Positions 40,986 through 50,827 of a stretch of 64,000 bases of DNA are shown piece after piece. The DNA lies in the IMG/VR virus record IMGVR_UViG_3300044811_000010, positions 1-64,000 of that record. One strand, 5' to 3'. The number at the start of each line of letters is the position of its first letter. The stretch's first letter is position 1. The notes under the pieces are model-generated. The model was not told where the DNA came from and searched no databases. It saw only the letters and a program-made list of their open reading frames with translations. A program made the position numbers and the translations under genes. This DNA is from a virus.

Positions 40986-42532
40986 CGCAGCCACACGTCG
41001 GGAGACGTGAGCAGCTCGGAGATAGTCGGCGGCGTCCGGAAGTCGGTCAGCCCGATGGCGTCAGCCGCCTCCTCGTCGGTCAGCCCAGCATCCTCTTCAA
41101 CCCCGTAGTAGTCCTCGTCGGGGTCGTCCGGGTCGTGGATGTCCCAAGGGTCGCTGTCGTCGGACTGGCCGCCCTCTCCAGGATCCGTGCTCAGAACCTG
41201 AACGTCAGGGACGCCCTCGTTGACGAGGCCCCAATGCTGCAGCATCTTCGCGGAGACAACGTCGTCGTGCTCCCCTTCGGGAGCCGAGTACGTCATCTTC
41301 CCGGCAGGGCTCATCGTCATCGTGTAGTTCTCGAACTCGTCCCGGCCGCTCGGAACGAGGAACGCGCGGTTCTCTTCCAAGTCCTTCGCAAGCAGCCGGA
41401 CCATGTTGGTCTTGTGCGTCGTGAAGTTGATCGGGACCACGTCGTAGCCCTCGACCTCCATGTCCTCCACGATGGGGTCGCCGACGCCGGTCGAGTCCAT
41501 TACGAGCATGACGTTCTCGGCGCCCGCCTTCATCAGCGTCCTGACGGCCCTTCGGATGCGGCGCTTCTGCTCGGGCCAAGTGATCGCCTGCATGCGTTCG
41601 AAGTAGACGTTGCGCCGGTCGCGAGCGCGGGCTCCGTAGAGGACTGTCCAGTCGTTCGTGCGCGCGAGGTCGATCCCGAGTACGACGTAGCCTGCCGGCA
41701 GGATGACCTTGCCGCTGTCGGGGTCGGCGAGCAGGCCATCAGAGCGGACGATAACGTCCTGCTCGGCCCGGTTGCCAATGAGGAAGGTGCTCGATCCGGC
41801 CGCGAGGAACTTCGCCAATACCTCCTGCTCGAACTCCAAGCGCGGCATGGCGCCGCGCATGCGCTCGACTTCGCCCTCGGGAAGCGTGGGGTTGTCAGCC
41901 GACGTGAACGTCCAGCTCTCCCAGTCCTCGCGGTCGGGGTCTTGGCCCATCCTCCACACCTGATAGAACCAGTTGCGCCCTCGGGGCGTGCTGATCATCA
42001 GCGCGCCACCGCGACGGTCCATAAGGGTCGGGGAGACGATCTGGTTCCAGATGCGGCCCGGCATGGTAGCGGCCTCGTCCAAGACGGCGAAGTCGACGCC
42101 TTCTCCCAGCATGCCCTCAGGGCGCTCAGCGGAGTAGAACTCCATCCGCGTGCCGTTCTTGAAGCGCAGGATGACGGAGCGTCCCGCGTCGAAGTTGGTT
42201 TCGGGCGGAGGATCGTGGACCAGCACGCCGTCGGGTAGCTGGCGCAGGACTTCAGCGTAGCCACGCTTGACGATCTTGTACGTCGGCGCGACCCACCACA
42301 GCATCTGCTTGGGCTTTCGAGCCTTCCCGACGATGATCTTGGCGGCGATCTTCGTCTTACCGAAGCGGCGGCCCGCGTTCATCACCTTGAATCGCGCGTT
42401 GGAGCGGACCACCGGGAGCTGGGCCGGGTGCGGGTAGACGACCTTGTCCTTGAGGCTGGCGATGAGCCTCCGGAACTGCTCAGGGTCGTTCTCCGCAAGC
42501 TCCTGCAGCCGGTCGAATGCCTTGTCGGCCAT
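40982..42532 (-). CDS. terL: terminase large subunit
   Basis: AGRRFGKT Walker A, VLDEAA Walker B, ISTP.G.NWFY, GIDLA and HDD. Confidence 0.95.
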   Translation of the reverse strand: MADKAFDRLQELAENDPEQFRRLIASLKDKVVYPHPAQLPVVRSNARFKVMNAGRRFGKTKIAAKIIVGKARKPKQMLWWVAPTYKIVKRGYAEVLRQLPDGVLVHDPPPETNFDAGRSVILRFKNGTRMEFYSAERPEGMLGEGVDFAVLDEAATMPGRIWNQIVSPTLMDRRGGALMISTPRGRNWFYQVWRMGQDPDREDWESWTFTSADNPTLPEGEVERMRGAMPRLEFEQEVLAKFLAAGSSTFLIGNRAEQDVIVRSDGLLADPDSGKVILPAGYVVLGIDLARTNDWTVLYGARARDRRNVYFERMQAITWPEQKRRIRRAVRTLMKAGAENVMLVMDSTGVGDPIVEDMEVEGYDVVPINFTTHKTNMVRLLAKDLEENRAFLVPSGRDEFENYTMTMSPAGKMTYSAPEGEHDDVVSAKMLQHWGLVNEGVPDVQVLSTDPGEGGQSDDSDPWDIHDPDDPDEDYYGVEEDAGLTDEEAADAIGLTDFRTPPTISELLTSPDVWLR

Positions 42533-42534
42533 GA

Positions 42535-42981
42535 CTACTCCGAGGCGGCTGCTGCGATGCCTTCAGGCACTTCGCCGCCCTCGAAGAGCTGCGCGAGCTT
42601 CTCAGCGAGGTCCGGATCGCGCTCCATCGCCTCGACCGCCTGCGTGATCGTCTCTTCGTCGGCCTTCTCGGTCTGGGCACGCAGCGCTCCACCGAGGAAC
42701 TCCTTGCGGACGGCGAGAAGCTCGGTGATCGTCATTTCGCTGGCATGCTCAAGGCGCTCGGCGATGACGCCGTCGACCTTGCGGGTGACCTGAAGAACGC
42801 GGTCTTCGATGAGGCGCAGAGCGCGGCCCTTGACGCGGGGGTCCTTGCGCCACCGTGTGATGGTTGCGCTGTCCTTGACTCCGAACAGCTCGCACATGTC
42901 GGCGCGCGAGGCGCCGCTGGCGAACGCCTCGGCGACCTGCTGAGCGAAGTCGGGGTCTGCGAGAGGGTTTGGGCGAGCCAT
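42535..42981 (-). CDS. putative terminase small subunit
   Basis: N-terminal HTH, directly upstream of terL; leaderless TAGAAT-N6-ATG. Confidence 0.65.
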   Translation of the reverse strand: MARPNPLADPDFAQQVAEAFASGASRADMCELFGVKDSATITRWRKDPRVKGRALRLIEDRVLQVTRKVDGVIAERLEHASEMTITELLAVRKEFLGGALRAQTEKADEETITQAVEAMERDPDLAEKLAQLFEGGEVPEGIAAAASE

Positions 42982-43125
42982 GAGGCTATTCTACCCCGTT
43001 ATTCGACACGGGCTTGTTGCCGGGATCGGCGCAATCATGGGGCGGAGAGTAGTCCCAGTGCCCCGGCTCGGGGTGCCCGAGATAGACACGCCCTCCGCAC
43101 TTCGGGCACACCATGGCGATAGCCA

Positions 43126-43440
43126 CTACTCGACCACCTGAATCGCCACTGTGCCGTCCGGCCACACCAGCCGGCAGCTAGAGATGTGGGAGTCCGATGC
43201 GACGCACAGCCGATCCGCGAGGTCGAGGCTGATCGTAGGCTTGGACTCGTCCGGGTTTAGCACGCGGTAGACCGTGCGCGTCGACACTCGCGCCTTGTGG
43301 GCAATCAGGGACACGCTCTCGCCAGCCTCGTCGCTACCGGGCCGGATGATCCGCTGCAGTATCGCCTGCACGTCCGCTGTCACCACTCGGGGCTCCGGCC
43401 CCTCGTGGCGTTCGATCTCGTTGTCCAGTAGTGTCGCCAT
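43126..43440 (-). CDS. helix-turn-helix DNA-binding protein
   Basis: IAHKARVSTRTVYRVLN. Confidence 0.75.
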   Translation of the reverse strand: MATLLDNEIERHEGPEPRVVTADVQAILQRIIRPGSDEAGESVSLIAHKARVSTRTVYRVLNPDESKPTISLDLADRLCVASDSHISSCRLVWPDGTVAIQVVE

Positions 43441-43611
43441 CTGTCTCCCTAGGTTCGGTCTGGACGTGTGACGGTCCAGGGAGACTTGTGTGCTGAACGC
43501 CGAAGAGGAACTTCTCGTACAACGCCTTGTCGGTGACCCTGAGAGTGAAGGTGACTCCGACGCCGTCGACCTCCGATGAGACTACTTCGAATCCGGGCGG
43601 CAGGCTAACCA

Positions 43612-44172
43612 TCAGGATCGCCTAAGTCGGCCAAGGAGCGTCCGAGTGGAGCGCTTCTCGGCCCGTCGCGTCCGAAGCCACTCGTTGATGAGGTCCGCAG
43701 ACCAGCCGCGCTGTAGCCAATGCTTGATCTGGCTTAGCTCCTCGGGAGTCAGGTGGTCCGTCTCGATGATCGTCGGCCTGTCGCGGTAGAGATCCAGCGA
43801 GCTGAAGGTCGCGGCGACGTGGGGGCTGTCCTTGTCCACGATCTCGATGCCGAGCGCGGTGGGGACGATGGAGGCAACTTCGGTGTGCCCCTCATCCAAG
43901 ATCAGAGCGGTCTTGAACCCGCGTCCGTTGAGGTATCGCTCGATGTCGAGCAGGTGCTCCCGGTCGCGCGCCTCCATGACCAGTTTCATGTAGTGGCCGC
44001 CCTTGTACCACTGGTTGACGAGGCCCGTCTCGATCAGGTGCCCGAAGCCTTCCTCGCCGTGTCGGCAGGAGATTCGGTACGCCTCGACCGCCGCGTGGCT
44101 GGCCTGAGCGGCCGCCTTGCCGGTCGACATGCCGAGCCCCTTGTTGAGCACGATGTACATTGCTGGCCTCAT
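43612..44172 (-). CDS. pth2: peptidyl-tRNA hydrolase, Pth2 family
   Basis: MYIV...L.MS.GK.AAQ.SHA, KLV and I.D.G.TEV....TALGI motifs. Confidence 0.88.
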   Translation of the reverse strand: MRPAMYIVLNKGLGMSTGKAAAQASHAAVEAYRISCRHGEEGFGHLIETGLVNQWYKGGHYMKLVMEARDREHLLDIERYLNGRGFKTALILDEGHTEVASIVPTALGIEIVDKDSPHVAATFSSLDLYRDRPTIIETDHLTPEELSQIKHWLQRGWSADLINEWLRTRRAEKRSTRTLLGRLRRS

Positions 44173-44555
44173 GGCCGCCTCGCCTCGCAGAACTGGGTCC
44201 AGTATTGGCCGACGCAGACGCCGAAGAAGAACACCCAGCCGCTGCCCCAATCGTACGCCATCGCCAAGGTGGCTAGCGCTACAGAGATTGACAGCAAGGC
44301 CGCTGTTGCCCAGCGCTGAGTGCGTCGAGACATCAGTCGGGCCATCCTGGACCGCAGGTGACCCGCACGCGATGCGGGCACATTACATTCATGCAGGTCG
44401 TCCCCAGAGGGCACCCGCATTGAGGCATCAGCAGCCCGCCGGGGAGGGGCTCGTAGGGTCCTCGCTCAGCCTCACGAACGAACCTCTCCATAATCTCTGA
44501 CAAGCTCTCTCCTTCGCAGGCGAGCCGCACGTCGTCAGCGAACTCCAAGAGTTCC

Positions 44556-45107
44556 TCAGGCGACAGCACTGGGCGCTCCCGGCAACGTCTTGAGGTCGAT
44601 CCCGGCCTTGAGGCCGAGCAGCTCAGTCTGGGTGTAGAAGACGAAGTGCTGGATCGCGTCGTTCTGGTGACGGTTCTCCTTGAGCGGCTTGTAGTACAGC
44701 TCTTCCGCGCCCGCCGCCTGCGCCGCCTTCTTGATGGCGGCCGGTTGAAGCACCAGCGGGATCTCGAAGTGGCGGCACAGGAACGTGATCGCCCCAATGA
44801 CCCTAGCGGTCCTGCATTGATCCCACTTCAAGAACTTCAGCTTCTCGGGGTACAGCCGCCAGTCCTCGCAGACCACGCGTCCGATGGGGCCAGTGTTGTC
44901 CTCGGCCGTGACTCCGTCACGAGCGTAGGCGTCCCCGTTGAAGATCGAGGCGTGAGGGTCGCTAGGGTTGCTCAGCGCCTCCCACATCTCGTCAGCGGTG
45001 ACCCACATCTTCTCTGTCCCGCCCGCAAGCAACCGCGTGTGGCGGCCGACAGCCCACCCGAAGTCCTCGCCGGGGTCGCAGTAGAGGGTGCGGAAGTCCT
45101 CAGACAC
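44556..45107 (-). CDS. RuvC-like Holliday junction resolvase
   Basis: DPG..FGWA, VV.E.W and H.NDA..H acidic motifs. Confidence 0.7.
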   Translation of the reverse strand: MSEDFRTLYCDPGEDFGWAVGRHTRLLAGGTEKMWVTADEMWEALSNPSDPHASIFNGDAYARDGVTAEDNTGPIGRVVCEDWRLYPEKLKFLKWDQCRTARVIGAITFLCRHFEIPLVLQPAAIKKAAQAAGAEELYYKPLKENRHQNDAIQHFVFYTQTELLGLKAGIDLKTLPGAPSAVA

Positions 45108-45369
45108 TGGGAGCCTCTACGAAGCGGCGCCGAGTCGACAGCTTGATCGGCAGCGAGGCGCGGACTGAGGTCGTTGCGGCGTTGAAGGCAATCTGCCCGA
45201 CGTAGTTAGCGAGGTCGCCCCGCTTGCCGAAGTCCTCGGCGGCCTCTACCATCATGGCTTCGGGAACAGGCACGGCGATGAAGAGGTCGTTGTACCCATC
45301 GGCCCTGTTGTAGCCGGGCAACAGCCGCTTCAACGCCCTACGGCGCCACCAACGGCGCCACCAGCTCAT
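45100..45369 (-). CDS. hypothetical protein
   Basis: coupled ORF. Confidence 0.5.
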   Translation of the reverse strand: MSWWRRWWRRRALKRLLPGYNRADGYNDLFIAVPVPEAMMVEAAEDFGKRGDLANYVGQIAFNAATTSVRASLPIKLSTRRRFVEAPSV

Positions 45370-45653
45370 GTCTGCACCGTGAGCGTGTCGCGCAGGTGAG
45401 CCGGAACGGCGATGACGACCGGAACGGCCTCAGGCTTTCCGTCCTTGCCTCGGATGGTGTATTCGCCGTAGCCGACCTTGTGGCTCTCAGAGCGCAGCTT
45501 GCCGCCTAGGATCAGGAGCCGTGCCTCGCGCTTGGTGCGGGCATGGCCGCGCGAGACGATGAACTCGACCGGGTCGATGAATGCGGGAAGCTCGCGGCGA
45601 AGCAGCTTGCGCAGCTTCGCGATCTTCTTGGCCTGAACAGGTCGATGGCTCAT
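45366..45653 (-). CDS. basic protein with an S4-like RNA-binding motif
   Basis: FIVSRGHARTKREARLLILGGKL resembles the S4 consensus L...G...S..EARRLI..G.V. Confidence 0.5.
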   Translation of the reverse strand: MSHRPVQAKKIAKLRKLLRRELPAFIDPVEFIVSRGHARTKREARLLILGGKLRSESHKVGYGEYTIRGKDGKPEAVPVVIAVPAHLRDTLTVQT

Positions 45654-45657
45654 TTCT

Positions 45658-46170
45658 CTAGATCACCGAGGTCTGGACGGGCTGGCCCGTGTCCTCGACA
45701 CCGGCCTCAGGCGAGACGGGTCCGAGCGGGCCATCGCTGGGCTTCGGACGAGGATCGACCAGCGGGCTCTCGGCGGCTGCCTTGATGGCGCCCGGCCGAC
45801 GCGGCGCGTCAGGGTCGCCAGGAGCCTCCTTGGCGAAGATTTCCTCAGGCGTCGGGCCAGCGTCGCCGGTCGTGGGCGAAATGACGCGAACCTGCGGCCG
45901 AGCGTCTACGAGAACCTCAGGCACGGAGACGACCGTGTAGAGAGCCTGCAGCTTCCCCAGCGGCTCATCCAACGTCGAGCCGAAGTTGGACTCGGGCGTG
46001 ATGATCACGCCAGCGCCGGCAGCCCCGGACCACTCGGATTGAGCACCAGCCCCATGGTTGATCGGGGACGGGCCGACGACCTTGACCCGGTTGTACGGGA
46101 AGACCTCGTCAGTCTCGGAGTCATTGGGTCGCTGGTCGTTGAGTTCGAGGATGGTTCCGGGCGTGTACAT
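45658..46170 (-). CDS. hypothetical protein
   Basis: AGGAGG SD; Pro-rich tail. Confidence 0.6.
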   Translation of the reverse strand: MYTPGTILELNDQRPNDSETDEVFPYNRVKVVGPSPINHGAGAQSEWSGAAGAGVIITPESNFGSTLDEPLGKLQALYTVVSVPEVLVDARPQVRVISPTTGDAGPTPEEIFAKEAPGDPDAPRRPGAIKAAAESPLVDPRPKPSDGPLGPVSPEAGVEDTGQPVQTSVI

Positions 46171-46401
46171 GTGGGTCAGACCTCCTGGGTCAGCTTGTCG
46201 CGAATGACGGACGACCGCCTGAGCAGCCTGTCCAGTTCAGCAGAGAGCGCGATGTGGTCTACCGGCCAGAGCCGGGCGTCAATCGAGTTCAGAGAAATCT
46301 CGACCTTTCGGACGCTGCGATTGACTTCGGCGTACCGACGCCAGAGGCGACGACGGAACCATGCGCGAATGAAGTAGGGCATCTGCAAGGAACTGTACCA
46401 G

Positions 46402-46818
46402 CTATTCCTTGTAGGCGTCGTAAAGCTGACGAGCGACGCGGTCTACGAAGCCCTCGCGTCGCTGATCCACGGTTTCCTTGAAGTCCTCGTACGTCTGCTC
46501 GGGCATCCACGACTCGACCGCGTGTAGTGACACATCGAAGTCTCGCATCGCCACATGTACCCATTCGTGGATGATCGTCTGGTCGAGTTCGTGCTGGTCG
46601 GCCTCGTCCACGAAGTCGTTGTCGAAGTAGAAGTGACAGGAGTCGTAGAGAACCGAAGTCTGCACAGCAGCCACGGCAGACAAGCCTCCCCTACACGGAA
46701 CGTCGTCCGTCGTCGTCACGCACTTGATGTCGAAGTGCCCGATGGCTAGCATCGGCAGCCTCTTCTGCCAGAACTCGATACGCTTGGCTAGCTTGACAGC
46801 TCCCCGGCTGGTCATCAA
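46402..46818 (-). CDS. putative zincin metallopeptidase
   Basis: TIIHEWVH (HExxH). Confidence 0.6.
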   Translation of the reverse strand: MMTSRGAVKLAKRIEFWQKRLPMLAIGHFDIKCVTTTDDVPCRGGLSAVAAVQTSVLYDSCHFYFDNDFVDEADQHELDQTIIHEWVHVAMRDFDVSLHAVESWMPEQTYEDFKETVDQRREGFVDRVARQLYDAYKE

Positions 46819-47474
46819 GCGAGTTCACTCTCAACTTCAGTCACGATCTGCTCGACGTGGTCTGTCGTGGTGCTCATGTTGAGTTCCAGACAAGGTAGCT
46901 CGTAGGCGTCCAGCATGTCCTTGATGCGCAGGTCGAGGTTCTGTGCCTCGATCTCGGACTGAGATCGGCCCTTAGGGTTGTAGGGCCGTTCGATGTTGCG
47001 GCGCAGGAACACGTTGAGCGTCCGGCGGGCACGCCAGTCAGCGACGATCCACTGGTGGAACGCAAGATCGCGGAGCGGCGAATCGCTGGACTTACTGTAA
47101 ATCAGCGAGAGCATCGTTGATGTGTCAGTAATGATGGCGTCGACTTGACCGTGGAGCCGGTCGTAGCGGAACATCTGCTTGGCAGCGACGTAGGGCTGAT
47201 GGGCCAGCGCGCGATGCCGCTGCTCCCACGTCAAGTCCTTCGCAACTTCGTGGACCAGCTCGACGTTGTGGCCGTGCTGCTTCAGCGCGCCGAATACCAG
47301 CGAAGCCGTCGTTGACTTACCCGTGCCGGGGCCTCCGTAGAGCGCCACCAGCAGCGGCTGAAGGCGCCCCTCGGCCCGGTCGATGTCCTGCTGCAAGCTT
47401 CCGATGATGGGCGGGCGGCTAGGAGGAAGGACGAACGGAACCTCGCGTACGCACGGCTGAGGACCAGCGACCAT
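46815..47474 (-). CDS. P-loop kinase (NadR/AAA_28-like)
   Basis: LYGGPGTGKST, E.V.E.AK, IITD, Y...GR.Q. Confidence 0.75.
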   Translation of the reverse strand: MVAGPQPCVREVPFVLPPSRPPIIGSLQQDIDRAEGRLQPLLVALYGGPGTGKSTTASLVFGALKQHGHNVELVHEVAKDLTWEQRHRALAHQPYVAAKQMFRYDRLHGQVDAIITDTSTMLSLIYSKSSDSPLRDLAFHQWIVADWRARRTLNVFLRRNIERPYNPKGRSQSEIEAQNLDLRIKDMLDAYELPCLELNMSTTTDHVEQIVTEVESELA

Positions 47475-47752
47475 CAGGCGGCCTTCCGGTCGAGGGCTTC
47501 AATCCACGCCAGCGCGACAGCGGCTACATGGACGACTTCCTCACGAAGCTCGCCATGGCCCTTGCCGGCCGATCCGAACTGGGCGGTGAGAATCTCCTGC
47601 GCCGCCTCGCCAACCTCTTCGCTGAGGATCGCCAACCACGTCAAGTCGAGATGATTCTGCTCGCCCCACTTGTCGCTCTGCCTGCCGCGCTCCTTGCGCA
47701 CAGACTCGAAGGCTTCGTAGGCATATTCGGGTACATAAACGGGCTCGTTCAT
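47474..47752 (-). CDS. MazG-like pyrophosphohydrolase
   Basis: IL.EEVGE, LREE.V.VAAVA. Confidence 0.75.
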   Translation of the reverse strand: MNEPVYVPEYAYEAFESVRKERGRQSDKWGEQNHLDLTWLAILSEEVGEAAQEILTAQFGSAGKGHGELREEVVHVAAVALAWIEALDRKAA

Positions 47753-48057
47753 CAGTTCTCCTTAGGAGGTCGTGGGGCGTCGTATTGGGGACGCCGTAGG
47801 CGATGGACCACGAAGTTCTTACCGCTGCCGCGACATCCTCCGCAAGACTGTCGAGTGCCATACTCGTCGCTGTAGCTGTCGTAGTGCGGCCTGCCGTAAG
47901 AGCCCGAGCAGGGAACGAACTCCCCGAAGCGCTCGAAGGCCCGCCCGTCATTCGACCACTGGATGCCGTGGCTCATGCAGCGGGACTCGACTTCCTTCTC
48001 GAACTCTTCACGGTCGATCTTGTCGGCCTCTGCTCGCAGCTCTGCTGCCGTACTCAT
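47752..48057 (-). CDS. hypothetical protein with a DnaJ-like CxxCxGxG motif
   Basis: CGGCRGSG. Confidence 0.55.
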   Translation of the reverse strand: MSTAAELRAEADKIDREEFEKEVESRCMSHGIQWSNDGRAFERFGEFVPCSGSYGRPHYDSYSDEYGTRQSCGGCRGSGKNFVVHRLRRPQYDAPRPPKEN

Positions 48058-50219
48058 GCGGCCACCGGGCGCTTCTCGCCGCCTGCCCACTCGGGAGTGA
48101 ACAGGTACTCGGAGCCGTCGGAGTCCTTGAGATGCTTAGCGTCTGACCAGCGCTGCACGATGTCAGCGTCGGCCCTTAGCGGCACGATGTCCTTGAGCCC
48201 CTCGAACTCGGTCATCCTCGTCTCAATCAGCTTCCCAACCTCGGGAGCGTCCGCAGTCGGGACGTGGGCCACGATCTCGTCGTGGACCAGAGCGACCATA
48301 GGGACGCCGTCCTCGTGCAGTTTGACGACCGCGTACTTCAGCAGCGCGGCTGCTGTGCCTTGGACGAGGTAGTTCGTCGCCTTGTAGGCGTCGCGGGGGT
48401 CGACGCGGAAGCGCCGTCCGCTGATCAGCTTGTCCTGAATGTAGCCGTCGTCCTGCAGCCTGTACTCGATCCGCGTCTGCAGCCTCTGAACCTCGGGGTA
48501 CGCATCATCGAACCGGCGCTTGAGCAACCGGGCCTCGTCCATCGTGCAGCGGAACTGGCGCCGGATGGTCCGGAGGCCGCCGCCGTAGACGCGCGAGAAG
48601 TTGTACGTCTTGCCGAGCTGGCGGGCCGTCTCGACGCCGCCCCCCATCCGCTTACGGTCGCGGAGGCCCAGCATCTGAGCCGTCAGCGTGTGGAGGTCAT
48701 CCCCGCGCTTGACGGCGTTCAGCAGGCGGCCCTCGCCGCAGTAGGCCGCGAACAGCACCATTTCGATGTTCGAGAGGTCGCAGGTGACCAGCGAGAAGCC
48801 TGGGTCTGCCACGATGTTGTAGCGCAGCCTCAGGTCGTCTCGCGGCTGATTCTGCATGTTGGGGTCCGAGCAGCTCATTCGGCCCGTCCGGGCCCCGACC
48901 TGCCTGTAGTTGGCGTGGATGCGGCTGTCGCCCGCGATGAACGGCTCCTTGTAGGTGTTCATCGACGTGACGTAGGACCGCCCGATCATGGGACGAACGT
49001 AGGTGCTCAGCACCTTGTACTCGGATCGGAACTTCAGGATCGCGACCGCCAGCTCGTCATCGACAGCCAGCAGGTTGTCCTTGTCGGCCGACAGCGCTCC
49101 GTTCTTCTCGGACATGAATGACATGTCGGCGCCCCGAGACTTCAGGGCCGCGAGAATCTGCGGGGTCGAGTTCGGGTTGAACTCCGGAACGCCGCCCTTG
49201 TAGGAGACGATCTCTGCGCCGTTCCCGTTGTCTTCGACCTCCACTTCGATCCCGAGCGCCTTGGCGTAGACCTTCGGGTCGCCCTCGGACGCAAGCGCAT
49301 GCACGCGGTCTTCGAGGGTTTCGAGGTTGCCGATGACCTCCTGTTCGAGCTTCAGGTATTCCTCGCGACGTGCGGGGAGCCCGCGCTTCTCGATGGCGAA
49401 CAGCGCGTCCATCGCCTTGCGCTCGAATTCGTAAACGCCGGCGAGGTCGGGCTGGTTCTCCAACGTCGCCTCGTACACGTCACAGACCTTGCGTGTCAGG
49501 ATCACGTCGTCCAGCGCGTAGGGCTCCATGATCTCCATGGGCACGTCGGCGAAATTGGCGTAAGAGAAGGTCCCATCCTCGCGACGATACTGGGACGCCT
49601 CCGCGAGCACGTCGCGGACTTCCTCGTCCGTGGCCTTGCGCTTGCGGTTCTTCTCGACTCCCGGCAGGCCGCAGGTGACGCACAGATCGCCGCCGCCCTC
49701 CCACTTCTGGGGACAAGCTTCGCAGACGTACTCGACGTAGTCGATCTTGAGCGTCCCTGCCTCGGCCTTCTCGGCCTGCTTCTCGACGTGGCGGCGGCGC
49801 TTGTTCTCGTCGTTGAGCCAGCCCTTGACCTTCTTCTGCTCGTCGGCCGCGTCCTCGCCGAAGAGCTGAGCGGCGACCGCCTTCAGGGCGACCGAGCGGC
49901 GCTCGTCAATCGCGTGAGCAACGAGCATCCCATCGTGCCAGCGCCCGTCGCCGGGTACCGTGAACTGGCAGGCCGTCTCAGCGAAGGCGCGGTCGAACTT
50001 GGCGTTCCACGCACGAATCCCGTCAGGGTCGGCGATGGCCTCGTTGAACCACTCCTGAATCCTGTCGTGCGCAGCGCCGTCAGGGTCGCTGGGGAGGTAC
50101 TCGATGGCCTCGGCGCGGTCGCCGTCGGCGCTCAGGAAGATCCAGAGGAACGCCTCGTTCCCGTCGCTGTAGGGCTGAAGCCCGGTCGTCTCACAATCGA
50201 ACTCAATAATGGCTATCAC
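48054..50219 (-). CDS. polA: family A DNA polymerase
   Basis: ExoI DCETTG, WNAKFD, YA.DD; TGR.SC..PN.QN, D.SNIE, R..GK..NF..VYG, QGTAA, VHDE; GTG start with AAGGAGG. Confidence 0.95.
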   Translation of the reverse strand: MIAIIEFDCETTGLQPYSDGNEAFLWIFLSADGDRAEAIEYLPSDPDGAAHDRIQEWFNEAIADPDGIRAWNAKFDRAFAETACQFTVPGDGRWHDGMLVAHAIDERRSVALKAVAAQLFGEDAADEQKKVKGWLNDENKRRRHVEKQAEKAEAGTLKIDYVEYVCEACPQKWEGGGDLCVTCGLPGVEKNRKRKATDEEVRDVLAEASQYRREDGTFSYANFADVPMEIMEPYALDDVILTRKVCDVYEATLENQPDLAGVYEFERKAMDALFAIEKRGLPARREEYLKLEQEVIGNLETLEDRVHALASEGDPKVYAKALGIEVEVEDNGNGAEIVSYKGGVPEFNPNSTPQILAALKSRGADMSFMSEKNGALSADKDNLLAVDDELAVAILKFRSEYKVLSTYVRPMIGRSYVTSMNTYKEPFIAGDSRIHANYRQVGARTGRMSCSDPNMQNQPRDDLRLRYNIVADPGFSLVTCDLSNIEMVLFAAYCGEGRLLNAVKRGDDLHTLTAQMLGLRDRKRMGGGVETARQLGKTYNFSRVYGGGLRTIRRQFRCTMDEARLLKRRFDDAYPEVQRLQTRIEYRLQDDGYIQDKLISGRRFRVDPRDAYKATNYLVQGTAAALLKYAVVKLHEDGVPMVALVHDEIVAHVPTADAPEVGKLIETRMTEFEGLKDIVPLRADADIVQRWSDAKHLKDSDGSEYLFTPEWAGGEKRPVAA

Positions 50220-50827
50220 GCCTCCTTGATGGCAGTGTTGGCGGGGAACTCCAAGATCAGCTCGCGAGTTACGGAGAACCACTCCTGCAGCACGTTGTTG
50301 TGGCTGTACTTGGCGTGCAGCTTACGCTCGTCGTCCTCAGTACCCGGCATAGCGTACAACACTTGCAGCGGGCGCGGGTTTCCCGTCTGCAGCTCGGCCA
50401 CGCGCTTCTCCGGGTTGGTAGAGAACCCAATCTTCCCGTAGTTGATCCCGCCGCCGGGCAGCTTCTCGATGATCAGGTAGACGAAGCCCTGAACGCCCGC
50501 CTTCTGAGCCTTGTAGTCGCGCAGGACCCCCAGCGCATCCTTGACCTCTTGAGGCAAGGGCTGAGAGGAACGCGAGGGTCGCTTGTGGCCTGCGGACTTC
50601 AGCTTGGTGGCAGACCACACGTCCGGGTTGCCGTTGGCATAGTCGCAGTAGTCCTGCGCCGCCTCAAGCGCAGTAGCACGCTGCGGACCCCACCACGCGT
50701 GCCCCGCACGCGTCAGCTTGCCGCCATAGGCTTGCGCATGGTAGAACGCGCCGCCGTTGTGGATGTTGACGTGCTTGTAGCCGCTCTTGAGCGCGGTGTT
50801 CCGGATGTCGGCGGGCTTCAGAGTCAC
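50216..50827 (-). CDS. GIY-YIG (T5orf172-like) endonuclease
   Basis: GFVYLI, KIGFS.NP.KR...LQTGNP, E..LH and EWF motifs. Confidence 0.85.
   Translation of the reverse strand: MTLKPADIRNTALKSGYKHVNIHNGGAFYHAQAYGGKLTRAGHAWWGPQRATALEAAQDYCDYANGNPDVWSATKLKSAGHKRPSRSSQPLPQEVKDALGVLRDYKAQKAGVQGFVYLIIEKLPGGGINYGKIGFSTNPEKRVAELQTGNPRPLQVLYAMPGTEDDERKLHAKYSHNNVLQEWFSVTRELILEFPANTAIKEA

Noticed and set aside
16877-50219. Inteins or group I introns in RNR, TerL or Pol A
   Set aside because: The reading frames are continuous and of normal or compact length; the Pol insert lacks intein terminal residues.
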